A stretch of 64,000 bases of DNA from Octopus sinensis (GCF_006345805.1 NC_042999.1:12276001-12340000), one strand, 5' to 3'. Positions 25,405 through 38,659 are shown, numbered from the stretch's first letter. The notes: generated by a model not told the origin, from the letters alone. Numbers and translations: made by a program.

Positions 25405-27545
25405 GAGATTGGATGACTAGAGGGAGAATAGTGCTCCTTATGAATGACAAAAGCAAGGGCAATACAGCTGGTAATTATTTGCTTACCATTAGTGTAAAAG
25501 CTGTTGACAAGAGTGCTATCAGAAAGCATTTACAAGCACCTTGACTGCCAGAAGAACAGAAAGGTTGCAGGAAGAAGGCTAGAGAAACATTCAATCTATT
25601 ATACATAGACAAAGCAGTTCTAAATGAAGTGAAAACTAGAAGGGAAAATCTAACAATGGCATAGAAATCCGATGACATGATTCCACACTTATGGATATGT
25701 GAATGTTTGAGAATATTCAGCATAGCAGAAAAGAATTAATTAGAAGAAATGGAAAGTAGATCTCTACTCAGGTGACATAGCCTTAGCAAAAGTTAATATC
25801 AAGAGAGGAATTTTCCAAGGGGACTTGTTATCCCCTTTAATATTTGTCTTATGTTTAATCTGCCTCAGTTTAATATTAAGGAAGGCAAAGGCAGGGTACC
25901 AGTTTAGAAATAGTAAAGGAAAAATTAACATTTCACTCTACATGGATGATCTGAAGCTTTTTAGTAAGAATAAAAAAGGAATAGATTCCTTAAAACAAAC
26001 TGGAAGACTCTTCAACGAAGATATAGGCATGGAATTTAGCATAGATAAATCTGCAATATTAGTCATTTTAAAGGGACATGTAGCCAGCACTGATGGCATC
26101 CAATTGCCAGACATTAAAATCGTTGAAAGGAGGAGAGAGTTATGTTATAAGTATCTAAGAATATTAGAATCGGACAGAGTACTAACTACAGAAATGAAAA
26201 CAAAAATCAAGAAGGAGTACATCAGAAGGGTGAGGAAGCTAATGAAGTCAAAGCTAAATGGTTCAAATCTAATGAAGGCTGTAAATACTTGGATAATGTC
26301 ATTACTTAGATACTCAGCAGCTTTTGTAGACTGGACAAAATCTGAATTAACGAAGCTAGACAGAAGAACTGGAATGGAATTCAATGTGAATGGGGGGCTC
26401 TACCCAAAGGCTGGAGTAGTAAGACTATAATTACCTAGAAAGGAAGGTGGCAGAGGGTTAATATCAGTGGAAGACTGCATGGATTAGCTAGAATAGATAC
26501 AGTAAGGTGGCGAGCTGGCAGAAACGTTAGCAAGCCGGGCGAAATGCTTTGTGGTATTTCGTCCGCTGCTGCATTCTGAGTTCAAATTCCGCCAAGGTTG
26601 ACTTTGCCTTTCATCCTTTTGGGGTCAATAAATTAAGTACCAGTGACGCACTGGGGTCGATGTAATCGACTTAATCCCTTTGTCTGTCCTTGTTTGTCCC
26701 CTCTGTGTTTAGCCCCTTGTGGGCAATAAAGAAATAAGAATAGATACAGACTCCTATGTAGGTAATATTAAAGGAAGTTTATTAGGAGCTACTTCAGTCG
26801 CAGTAGGACATAGGGAAACCAAAAAGCCGAATGACGTTAAAAAGCAGAAAAAAGAAGAAAGGTTATCTGACTGGCAAAGGAAGGCTTTGCATGGTAGATT
26901 CCCAAAGATAATTGCATCAAATAGTAGTAGTGAGAGTTAAGGCTGCAGAAAGGAAGGCTGAAAAGGGAGACAGAAAGTTTGTTAGCAACAGTACAAGATC
27001 AAGCATTGAGGACTAATTGGATAAAAGCCAAGATAGACAAAACCCAGGTAGGTTATGTAAATCAAAAGAGGAAAGTGTTACTCATATAATAAGTGAATGT
27101 AACATGCTGGTACAGAAAGAGTACAAGAAAAGACATGACAATCGAGGGAGAGGTATCTACTGGGAACTTTGTAGAAAGCTAGGATTTAAACATACTGATA
27201 AATGGTATGAACATGAAGCTAGTAAAGTGCTAGAAAGTAAGAAGTACAAGATGTGGGACTTTAACATTCAGACTGATAGAGTAATAAAAGCTAGAGTAAT
27301 AAAAGATAGAAGGCCTGATTTAGCAGTCGTAAATAAAGAGAATAGAAAGTGCCAGGTAATTAACTTTACAGCTCCAAATGATGAGAAAGTCAAAATTGGA
27401 GGTATAGAGAAAATAGCAAAGTACCAAGACCAAGGCATTTGAATTATAGAGACTATGGAAAGTGAGGGTAAAATGTCTTTCACTTGTTGTAGCCCAATGT
27501 TAGTAATTTTTCTTTTCCAATAGTCTAAGCTGTTTAGGGTATATG
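25405..27545 (+). mobile_element. R4/Dong-like RLE non-LTR retrotransposon, 5'-truncated (RT, CCHC knuckle, RLE), decayed and interrupted by a SINE
   Basis: DWMTRGRIVLL..LPEEQKGCRKK..DMIPH.WI..GIFQGDLLSPLIF..LYMDDLKLF..YPKAGVVRL.LPRKEGGRGLIS..W..KALHGRF..RLCKSKEESVTHIISEC..RRPDL..EKIAKYQD, followed by (AAT)n. Confidence 0.9.
26503..26736 (+). mobile_element. Full-length tRNA-derived SINE (family A) with 13-bp target-site duplication
   Basis: GGTGGCGAGCTGGCAGAAACG head and GAGTTCAAATTCC B-box. TSD AGAATAGATACAG at 26490-26502 and 26737-26749. Confidence 0.92.
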
Positions 27546-27546
27546 A

Positions 27547-27623
<77 letters not shown>

Positions 27624-27701
27624 TAATGATAATAAGTCTAATCTGTTGTCTATATATGAAAATAATAGTAATAATAATAATAATTATAATTATAATAATA
27701 A

Positions 27702-28555
27702 TCATCATCATTTAACATCCACTTTCCATGCTGGCATGGGTTGGATGGTTTGATTGAAAACTGCTAAGTCAGGGAATTGCACCAGGTTCCGATCAGATTT
27801 GGTATGGTTTCTATGGCTGGATGCCCTTCAAGAATGTAGTGGGTGGTTTTGCATGCCACCGACACAGGTGCCATTGACCTGACACCACCATCAACCATGA
27901 CTACGGTCTCACTTGGCTTAACAGGTCAACACAAGCACAGTGTATCGCCAAAGGTCTTGGTCACCTGTCACTGCCTCCACGAGGCCCAACACTTGAACAG
28001 TGCCTTTTACATACCACCAGCATGGTGCCAGTCAGACAGCACTGGCATCATCCATGACTATGATTTCTCTGGGCTCAAAAGATCTTTACAAGCAAAGCAT
28101 GACACCTAACATTTGAAGGGTGTTTTTAACGGGCCAGTCACACAACACTGGCATTGGCCACAACTACGATCTCACTTGGCTTGACAGGTCTTCTCAAGCA
28201 CAGCATATTGCCAAATGTCTCTGTCACTTGTCATTTCCTTTGTGAGGCCTAACAGTCAAAGGTCATGCTTCACCACCTCATCCCATGTCTTCCTGGGTCG
28301 ACCTCTCCCACAGGTTCCCTCTACCATTAGAGTGTGACACTTCTTCACACAGCTGTCCTAATCCATATGTAACACATGACCATACCAGCACAGTCATCTC
28401 TCTTGCACACCACATCTGATGCTTCTTATGTCCAACTTTTCTCTCAAGACACTTACACACTATCATGAATGCACACTGACATTACTCATCCAGCAGATAA
28501 TACTAGCTTCATTTCTTACAAGCCTACACAGGTTCTCAGCAGTCACAGCCCATAG
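27702..28555 (-). mobile_element. RTE LINE 3' fragment
   Basis: (CAT)n tail, then reverse complement of the RTE 3' UTR and of GRGRPRKTW-like coding sequence. Confidence 0.8.
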
Positions 28556-28959
28556 AGCAGAATATTTGTTGTAGCCCATCTTTTATATCAAAACAAAACA
28601 ATGTACATAACACTTCCAATCACTTAAGATCAAATTATTATTATTATTTTTATATGTTTCACTGCCATATACCATAGCTGTTCATGCATAGTTATCATGT
28701 TCTGCATCGTAATGTTTGTATAGAGTCCAGTGAATTACTGGAGTGCCATGGTAGGAAAGGGAAGTGTTCACTCTCAGTTTCTTTAGTCATGTGTATCATC
28801 AACCTCTTTTGCCATGACTATTAGATAGAGGAAAAGTGATTGCTGCCTCTGGCCTTTAGAATCCAGAAGGGCAATCTATATGGGGGTGGATTCTGTTTCT
28901 AATACAGGCACCAGGCCACATATTTTGGGAAGGAGAACAATCTTAAGTGGACTGAAAAT

Positions 28960-29180
28960 ATGAGGACCTTGCTAGAGAGGTGAAGAGGTTGTGGCACAAA
29001 ACCCAAACTGCTAAATAAGAGGTTGAAGGATATTGGAATTGAGACATGCATTGCCAATCTGCAGAAAAGTGCCATCCTGTATTCTGTAAGAATTTTAAGA
29101 AACATTCTTGAGATTTGAGGAGACTTGTTACCAAGCTTCAAGACAAAATCCATGCTAACTAAAGTAGTGTGTAATAGCTT
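28960..29180 (+). mobile_element. R4/Dong-like 3' fragment
   Basis: KYEDLAREVKRLW..IANLQKSAILYSVRILRNILEI* across a frameshift. Confidence 0.7.
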
Positions 29181-29594
29181 TTGAGTAGTTTTAGTAGTAG
29201 TGGTGGTGGTGGTGGTAGTGGCGGTGGTGGCGGTTGTGGTGGTCGTCGTGGTAGTGGTAACTATAAGAACAGCAATAGAATTTGTAATGATAATAACAAT
29301 CAGCCTTTCATCTTATATAAATATACCGAGAAAAAGATAATTTCCTTGTAAGATCAATTAGTAACTTAAATTGAGTCTGTATTGGACTCATAATCCATCT
29401 GTTACGACTCACACCTGTAAGATCATCTATAATCAAAGGAATATAACACATATGTATACGATACACATATAAAACAAAGCCACATTGAAAATACAAATCT
29501 AAAGTGAAAGAAAATGCAAACATAATTGCAGAAAGAAAGAAAAAGGATGAAAAATCATCAATTCAACATGAAGTATATATATATATATATACAA

Positions 29595-29763
29595 ATAAGC
29601 CAACATGCTCACAGGATTACTGTGAGTGATGGCGAGGCTAAGGCATTGGAACAGCCAAGCACCCTCACAGACATCACCTGATACCTCGGTAAGGCGAGCT
29701 GCTAATGATGACAGGAACTTCACTGTTAGTGGCCCAGCCCCTCCAAACGTCTCAAACTCCCCT
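29595..29763 (-). mobile_element. CRE-clade-like non-LTR retrotransposon C-terminal fragment
   Basis: FETFGGAGPLTVKFLSSLAARLTEVSGDVCEGAWLFQCLSLAITHSNPVSML resembles the CRE-type end ETLG.WG..A..F...LG.R....TGD.RE...L.QRLS.A.QRGNA. Confidence 0.6.
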
Positions 29764-31067
29764 CATCTGTATATCTGTCTTTCATTGCATATGCATGCAT
29801 TTTCAATCCATGTAGGTGTGTTATTCATCACTTTCGTCTCTCACTATACAAGCCTCAGTCTTTCTCCGCACGACATATTATAAGCCTGTCTCTCAACACA
29901 ACTGTACATTTAGTATTTTTACCTTGACAATAGAAAGCAGCTACATTTATTCACCTTAGTCAGATGTGTTTAATTCTACATCATTCTCAAGTGCCTTTAA
30001 AACTTTGCACCACCAGCTTTTATGAATTCAAACACAAGAATACACACATTCATGTGTGCTTAGGAGTGTGTGTGTGTGTGTGTGTGCGTGTGCGTGCTCT
30101 AAGGATGTATTCAAGTAATGTACAGTCCTCTTTGGATTTCTGGTTTCCTTGAGCTTTGATCCAAGAATTTTCATGTATATATATATCTCTTATTATAAAA
30201 GGCAGATTTTATCTGCCTCCCTTTGTAACTTATAGAAATCTACAATATAGGATTTCTTCAATTACAATTTACCTAGCATTTTTAAGAGTAGAATGCATCG
30301 GGTCATGCCAGGTCCAGTTTTTAAAATTTAAACTCCAATTAAGCAAAATTTACAGAAAACTCACATGCTGGTGTGTATGTCAAATGCTTTTCTTAATGTG
30401 GTTTACACCACACGCACACACACAGTGTGCAACGAATAAAATGAAAGTAAATAGCGACAGAGTGATTTGAGGAAGACTAAACTGAAAGTATTTAAACCAC
30501 TACTCAAAAAATAAAAAAAAAACACAGCAAACAGAAACAAATAAATACATAACGATTTACTCCTCACACAATTTCTTCAATTAGAGTGTACCCATGATTT
30601 TTCAGAGTACTTCAGTGGGTGATGCCATAAAAAATTTCTTTCAATTTTACCACCAATTAAGACAAAATTCGAGAAAACTCAATATTTTAACATATCACTC
30701 CAAAAGCATTGATGTACATGTGTGCGTGCGTGAGTGTGTGTGTGTGTCATTCCTCACACACACGCATACACATACATATATGAGAGTGGCAAACACAAAC
30801 ATTTCAAACAACTACATACAAACACGTGTGTGTTTGTTATTAGTAAAAAAGGCACCAAAACACAACTCACTTATCATTCCAACACATTTGCAAAGTCACA
30901 CGGACGGTGGAATTGCTATAACAATACAGAAAAGGTAAATTGGTTTTTATTTTACACTGTATAGATATATGTATATATAATTGCAGTATGAAACAGTGTT
31001 TATGTATAAACAGACGAAACTTATATATAGTTATTATAATAAGAGATTAATAAATGTATGCATCCGT

Positions 31068-31397
31068 TTAACCCTTTCGTTACCAAACCGCCCGAATTTA
31101 CCTATTCATATTTAAATGAGAATATCAGAGCAAATCTCTTTAGTACATTCGTGAAAACACATATTATACTTCGTAAACACTTCAACTACAGTTTTGTACA
31201 AAAATCGAAGTGTAATTTTAATTCCGTGAATTATGGGAGATTTTATTCCGAAATTTGTTCCTATTGTGTTTTCAAAATTTGTAATTCTGACAAAAAATGG
31301 ATACGAATTTCATTATATCAAGCAGCGAGTCAGAATTCGAAGGATTTTCTACTGAAGACCTTCATAAATCTAACTCTATGACTGAAAAAAAAAAGCA
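31068..31397 (+). mobile_element. piggyBac-like element 5' end, interrupted by a Helitron
   Basis: TTAA (31068-31071) followed by CCCTTTCG. ORF start at 31297 reads MDTNFIISSSESEFEGFSTEDL, resembling acidic piggyBac N-termini. Confidence 0.55.
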
Positions 31398-31794
31398 TCT
31401 TTATATAAGAGTGAAGTTGTGTGTCTGTCTCCTACGATTTAGATTCGTAACTACTCCCACATTTTGCGGTGCGGTTTAACAAAAACCGGGTATCTTATAG
31501 TCGTGATTCATATCGAGCCCTTCTGGGTATTAGCGCGCGTCTACAATGAGTCTATGATTTAAAAAAAAATTACCATCATATTTTTCCATTTTAATGCATT
31601 TTTTTCGCTTTTATATAAGGGAAGTAACTCTCTAAAAATATCTACGATGTGTCAACGATTTAAAAAAAAAATTTACCTTAATTTTTTTTTCAATTTTTAA
31701 TGCATTTTTTTGCTATTTTTTGGCTATAACTCTCTAAAAATGCTTATATAGTTATTTCCCTTACAACCCGAGCAACGCCGGGCGATACTGCTAG
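31398..31794 (+). mobile_element. Complete non-autonomous Helitron, 397 bp
   Basis: A|TC 5' end (TCTTTATATA), subterminal hairpin CCCGAGCAACGCCGGG (31767-31782), CTAG|T 3' end, no TSD. Confidence 0.85.
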
Positions 31795-32045
<251 letters not shown>

Positions 32046-32218
32046 CAAAGTAAGATAGGGGTTATAAATGTAACCCACTATGGGATATCAATTATCCAAT
32101 ATACTGTTGGTGAAGTACCCAAATTCTTAATACATAAATGCTTTTAATTGCAATGCAATTAATTCATTTATGGTCTTAAATGGGTGAAAGTAAAAAATAT
32201 TTTTACCGTAAATTCATA

Positions 32219-32380
32219 ATACAAATAAGAAAATGGAGAAACAAATTCATCTCGTTCATCACAATTTTACATTATTTAATTATACAAATACATTAATTTG
32301 TATAATTAAATAATGTAAAATTGTAATATCCGTAAGTTGATGAACGAGATGAATTTGTTTCTCCATTTTCTTATTTGTAT
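32219..32380. repeat. Near-perfect AT-rich palindrome
   Basis: 43-bp arms 32219-32261 / 32338-32380 and 29-bp inner arms 32261-32289 / 32296-32324, with a 6-nt loop and a 13-nt bulge. Confidence 0.85.
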
Positions 32381-32454
32381 ATATATATATTTATATATAT
32401 TGTTGTATTTAAGGATGGTAATTTTTCTATGGCCAAATAAATACATGGAGTATA

Positions 32455-32975
32455 CATTCATTCTCCACTTGTTTATTACTGTTCTTATTCTAACTCATGT
32501 CCATTGTCCAGAAATCTTTCGTCAAACATCTGTGACCTCTTCAGCAACACTTCCCATCTCCATGTGTGCCCCCCCCCCTCATTGTTGCTGCTGCTGTCCT
32601 AGGACCCAAAATTTGGTACAGTATCTCTGTGTTTAAACACAGAGGGATACAGGAACTGTACCAAAATTCAGGTCCTAGGACAGCAGCAGTGACAACAAGG
32701 GAGGGGTGGGGATGAAGGGAAGGTTATAATGCTACTAAGAACAACACACACTCATACACACATGCAAACACACACACACACACACATATACACACATATA
32801 CATGCACAAACATGGACGCAATGCATGCGCATATAAGGATACACATCATAGAAGAACAGAATGAAATAAGTGGAGCAAGAGCATACATGGAGATGGCAGA
32901 TGGGTGACGAAAGATTTCCAGGCAAAGGACATGAGTTAGAATAAGAACAGTAATAAAGGAGTGTAGAGCGGATAT
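32455..32975. repeat. Nested inverted-repeat element with a degenerate hammerhead-like core
   Basis: Outer arms ~32455-32525 / ~32905-32975 and inner hairpin ~32570-32706. Minus-strand CTGAAGA-G-GTCA..TGAC-GAAA at ~32517-32544. Confidence 0.6.
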
Positions 32976-33098
32976 ATAGTGCTTGTGTTTACTTGGGGGG
33001 AAAAAAAATGACCATCCAAAAGTACAACAATATCTGTTTCAACACACAATTTTACATCAGGAATCTTGCAAATTCATAAATGTGTGTGTATATATGTG

Positions 33099-33129
<31 letters not shown>

Positions 33130-33200
33130 ATTCCTTTATTTGAGTAATTTTGGCTTACAGCTGTTTCCAGTAGTCATTGTAGGTACATTCTATATATATA

Positions 33201-34350
33201 TCTTTATATATGTAAAACTGAGAATGTGTGTCTGTCTGTCTGTTTCCCTAAAACTTGAGAACTACACAACCAATTTCATTCAAATTTTACACATGCCTTA
33301 CTTAGGGTCCGGGGAGTGTCATCGGCAAAAATATTTTTTAACTTTTTGCCTAGGGCAAACCCACAGCAATATCATATCTTCTCCACTACGATTCCCTAAA
33401 ACTTGAGAACTACACAACCAATTCCATTTAAATTTTACACATGCCTTACTTAGGGTCCATGTAGTGTCATGGGAAAACAAATGCTCAACTTCTTGCCTAG
33501 AGCGAGCCCATAGCAATATCATATCTTCTCCACTATTTCAGTATTACGTGTTAAAAGTGAAACAAAAACGTTTCTCTATTTTATGTCAGACACTTTCACT
33601 TTAACAATAAAAATAATAATAAAAATTGAATTATATGTAGTAAGTAATAATTAAAATCAAACTAAAGTAACATAACACAAGTAAAAATAGCAATTGGTAT
33701 AAAATTGCATCAATGATTTGAACTTGAATAAGTGGTTTCACATGAATGGGAATAAATTAAAAATAAAATTAGCATGTAGAAATGGAATAGTCCAGATGGA
33801 TAATAAAAAATTAAATTAAAGAAAAGACTATTGTCTATAAAGTATACAATGTAGAGAAAAAAGAAGATTTGAACACTTGGAGGAAAGCACCTTCGAAAAG
33901 TGTCTTGGTGCGACTATGAAAGATATCTAATCAGAGGCGGTAAATTCGCCACAATAGAAGCAAGGTTCGAGTCAACGGAGCGTGCCAGGGAGTACTCGAC
34001 TCGAACTTGCAAAGTGGAAATATTTTATTTTTACCTTTATATATGGGATGTAGGTCGTCGCGGAAAAAAATTTTAAATGCCCCCCCCCCCCCCGAAGTAG
34101 AAGTAGGCTGGATTGTAGCCACACTTCTATACAAGAGGGAGGACAAGATACAATTGATCGAAATTACAAGAGACAGGCTAACAATTCCAGTCTGTTATAT
34201 ATTTTGAGTATTGTTATCATTAGCGATATCAAGATATAACTTTGTATTTTGTATTTTATGTGTAGATGTATATATAGATGTACATGTAATATGTACACAT
34301 ATATACATGCACTAGCACTATGACCCGGCAACGACGGGTCTTTAATGCTA

Positions 34351-34351
<1 letters not shown>
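33201..34351 (+). mobile_element. Non-autonomous Helitron, about 1.15 kb, with internal 148-bp tandem duplication
   Basis: A|TCTTTATATA start, duplicated units starting 33244 and 33392, hairpin GACCCGGCAACGACGGGTC (34322-34340), CTAG|T end. Confidence 0.8.
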
Positions 34352-34421
<70 letters not shown>

Positions 34422-35039
34422 CAAAAGGTAGATATACTGCTCCATAACTTAGAGTGTACTTATTTTTGGGATTTATGATTTACTGATGACACACACACAC
34501 ACACATATATATATATATCCCAAAGGCCAAGACAGACATACACATAGGCACACACTTATTTCTTTCTGTACACAAAGTATGTTACAGCTCTAGACATGAA
34601 TTTACTTTTCCATATTTCAATATTTGCATGATATTTCTGCATTTCAAGTGAAATGTTTTATGTCATGCAATGAAGTGATACATTATTGTGTGGATGGGAA
34701 AATTTGATTCTTGTGCTCATGAAGTGTGTGTGTGTGTGTGTGGTGTGTGTGTGTGTGTGTTTGTGTGTGTGTGTTTGTGTGTGTGCGTTTGTGTGTATTT
34801 GGCTTTTTAGCACAGAACATGTGTGTCTATGTATATGTATTTTTATGTACATACATGCATACATACATGTATACACATACACATATAAATACATACATAC
34901 ATTCATACACATATATATATGTACATTTGTATGTATCTATCTATGTATATATGTATGTGTGTATGTACATATATATGTATGTGTACATAATGTGTATATA
35001 TGTATGTATATATCTTTCTCTCTCTCTCTCTCTCTCCAT

Positions 35040-35090
<51 letters not shown>

Positions 35091-35102
35091 AAAGCATATA
35101 TA

Positions 35103-35726
35103 TCATCATCATCATCATCATCATTTAACGTCCGCTTTCCATGCTAGCATGGGTTGGACGGTTCAACTGGGGTCTGGGGAGCCCGAAGGCTGCACCAGGC
35201 CAGTCAGATCTGGCAGTGTTTCTACAGCTGGATGCCCTTCCTAACACCAACCACTCCGAGAGTGTAGTGGGTGATTTTATGTGCCACCGACACAGGTGCC
35301 AGACGAGGCTGGCAAACGGCCACGCTCGGATGGTGTTTTTATGTGCCACCGACACAGGTGCCAGACGAGGCTGGCGAACGGCCACGCTCGGATGGTGTTT
35401 TTATGTGCCACCGACACAGGTGCCAGTCGAGGCTGACGAACGGCCACGATCGGATGGTGTTTCTTACGTGCCCACAGCACGGAGGCCAGTCGATGCGGTA
35501 CTGGCTACGGCCACGTTCGGATGGTTTTCTTGTGTGCCACCAGCACTGGTACCGCAAAGATACAAATTCCATTGATGTTCATCTATTTTGATTTGATTTG
35601 ATTTGATTTTCACTTGCCTCAACAGGTCTTCACAAGTGTCACAAGAAGGAAGGAAGGTATGCACAGGTGAACTGACAACGTCCCAGGTAGGGTCCACGGG
35701 TTATGGCCTGACTAGTCTTGCCGGGT
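35103..35726 (-). mobile_element. RTE LINE 3' UTR copy with expanded ~59-bp internal repeats
   Basis: Reverse complement of 12380-12926 with additional repeat units. Confidence 0.88.
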
Positions 35727-36395
35727 ATATATATATATGTAATTAATGACTTCAGTAGGAAAGTTTTAATGTCATTGATGTTAACAAATAAAAAGAAAGA
35801 ATCACAAATTGTTTTTCTTGATTTACTTCTGGAGAAACAAATAATAAATACCGTAAATAGTGTTACAATTTGATTTATGAAAGAAGTCAGTGTTGCATAG
35901 CAGTAGCTCAGCTCTGATCCAGCAGACCTGTACAAAATTATATGTCTATCAACGATATTTCATGCTAGTCTTCACTTTTCCCTTCCTTCAAACACACACA
36001 CACACACACATGTTTGAATGAATATCTATGATTTTTAAGCAATGCTTAAGCTTACTTCAAACAATTTAGAGAAAAAATTTTATCTTCCTATTTATTTTTC
36101 CCAAAATTCTAGATAGATAGAAATGGTGCTTAGTGCTATAGAGTTCAGAATAGAGAACTTTCTGTTGAATTGCTTGTCTTAAGCCATTCAACCTCATAAT
36201 TCAAAATAGGATGCACAGTTCCAATTTTCTTCCATAAATTACAGCAGATATTTAATAAAATTTCAAGTCTTCCTTGAAATAAAGCTTTCCCGATACAATA
36301 AACAAATATGATAATAAATGTATAAAAAATAGCAATTTTATATAAAATGACCAAATCTGATATAATATGAAATTTAAATGTTTAAATGCGATTTG

Positions 36396-37023
36396 AGGAA
36401 ATGACCAGAGACCGAGACCTTTGGAAGTATGCTGTGCGCGAGAAGACCCGGCAGGACAAGTGAGGCCATAACCCATGGCCCCTACCTGGGACGTAGTCAG
36501 TCCACCTGTGCATACCTTCCTTCTTGGGACACATAACTCTACTTGTGAAGAACTGTTGAGGCAAGTGAAAATCAAAAAATCAAAAATCAAAGAATCAAAT
36601 CAAAATCGATGAACATCAATGGAATTTGTAGTTTTGTGATACCAGTGCCGGTGGCACATAAGAAAACCATCCGAACGTGGCCATAGCCAGTACCGCATCA
36701 ACTGGCCTCCGTGCTGGTGGCATGTAACAAACACCATCCGATCGTGGCCGTGCCAGCCTCGCCTGGCCTCAGTGCCGGTGGCAAGTAAAAAACACCATCC
36801 GAGCATGGCCGTTCACCAGCCTCGTCTGGCACCTGTGTCGGTGGCACATAAAAAGCACCCACTACACTCACGGAGTGGTTGGCGTTAGGAAGGGCATCCA
36901 GCTGTAGAAACACTGCCAGATCTGACTGGCCTGGTACAGCCTTCGGGCTTCCCAGACCCCAGTTGAACCGTCCAACCCATGCAAGCATGGAAAACGGACG
37001 TTAAACGATGATGATGATGATGA
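36396..37023 (+). mobile_element. RTE LINE 3' end copy
   Basis: EMTRDRDLWKYAVREKTRQDK* followed by the 3' UTR and (GAT)n. Confidence 0.88.
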
Positions 37024-37690
37024 TTAAAACAATTTAACATAATTTTGGTTTAAATATTTAATATATGGAAAACATCTTACAAAAGTAAAGAAATGGATAG
37101 AGAAGAAATATGATTTGAAAAGAGGTTTCATACTCAATGCAACCTTTCATAATGACAACTCAGCTTCGCCCACCATCCTTGAAAAAACTCATCAACATTC
37201 TTCAAAATTATAAATATTGTGAAATGTTAGTCTTAAAAATTTATTATGATTACTATTGTTGTTGTTATTATTATTATTATTTATTGTTCCTCAGCAGCTG
37301 TCTCCACCAAAAATGTAAGTATTCTTCACTGGTTTTAAATCAAATTGAAGCCAGGCTTGTGTAAATGAAAGCATAAAACATGCATCGGATTTAGTTTATG
37401 ATTTGAAATTTCTGATTTGTTATTTATTCTAAACACATCCTCTCCAACCATAGCCACATCAATCCATCCTTGAATATTTATTTGAGTCTTTTTTCTTCCT
37501 TTTCTTTTTCTAGGGGAAAAAACGAAAAGTCCATTTTCTTCTTCTACCAGAGTGATGTATGTACTCAAGTCGATCTAATCAGTGATAATCTTCAACTCCA
37601 CAACCCACCAAAAACTTTGTGGCCTTGTTCCTTTCTTAGAAAACCATTATTATCATTATTGTTAATATTATTGTTGTTATTATTATTATT

Positions 37691-37788
<98 letters not shown>

Positions 37789-38659
37789 CATCATCATTAT
37801 TATTATTATTTCTGTTATTCTGCAGTGCTATGCAATGTGGAGAAGTTATGACTTTTCACTTTTCTTGAGTGATTAGTCTGTTCTCCATACTTGTGGCACT
37901 TCATGGATTCTTTGATCTGTTTGTCATTGTAGCTAGTTGATAATCTATTTTACAATTAAATAATACTTTGAAATCTTTTTTATAGCAACACTTTTAATCC
38001 CCACTTCCATTTCAAGGGGTTATTATTTTGTGAACATTACACTACTTGTTATCACCTTTTTCGAGGTGAATTTTACCAAAATTCCAAATTTCTTTCATTG
38101 AAATTTTCTTCCTTCTTGCATTAGCCCCATCTAATTTCTTCATCCAACATGAACACACACACACACATGCTTATGTATATGCATAAAGGTATATATATAT
38201 ATGTATGTATGTCTAAAAATCTACACCTGTGTATATTAACATACATACATACATACATGCAGGCATACCTTCTCTCTGCAAACCCTTCAAGTTTGATGAA
38301 ATTTATTTGCTACATGTTCAGTTTGAACTTGTGCCTTAAGAGGACACATGAACATGGAGGAGGGAAATACGTCTGTTTGCCCATCCTTTTGGAGAAGAAC
38401 AATTCAAAAAACTTGTTTGGCTTGAATTGCTTGCATAATGAGACAAAATTAGGATGAGGAAAGGAATAAAATAGGAGAAATATCAGGTGGGGTGGGGCGA
38501 GAGTGCAGATGTACCCAGAAATACAAAAGCCATGATAATAGCAGAAGAAGGGAGAGAATGAAGTAAGGAGGTACGTGTGGGTCAGTGGTTATTGAGGGTT
38601 GTTGGGCGAAATTTCACCTGACAGTGTCATGGACAATTTCGGTACAGAGACTAGATTGC

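Noticed and set aside
37514-37556. Possible 43-nt exon (polypyrimidine-TAG acceptor, GTATGT donor)
   Set aside because: Surrounding sequence resembles a decayed family A SINE body and the peptide is uninformative; needs RNA-seq.
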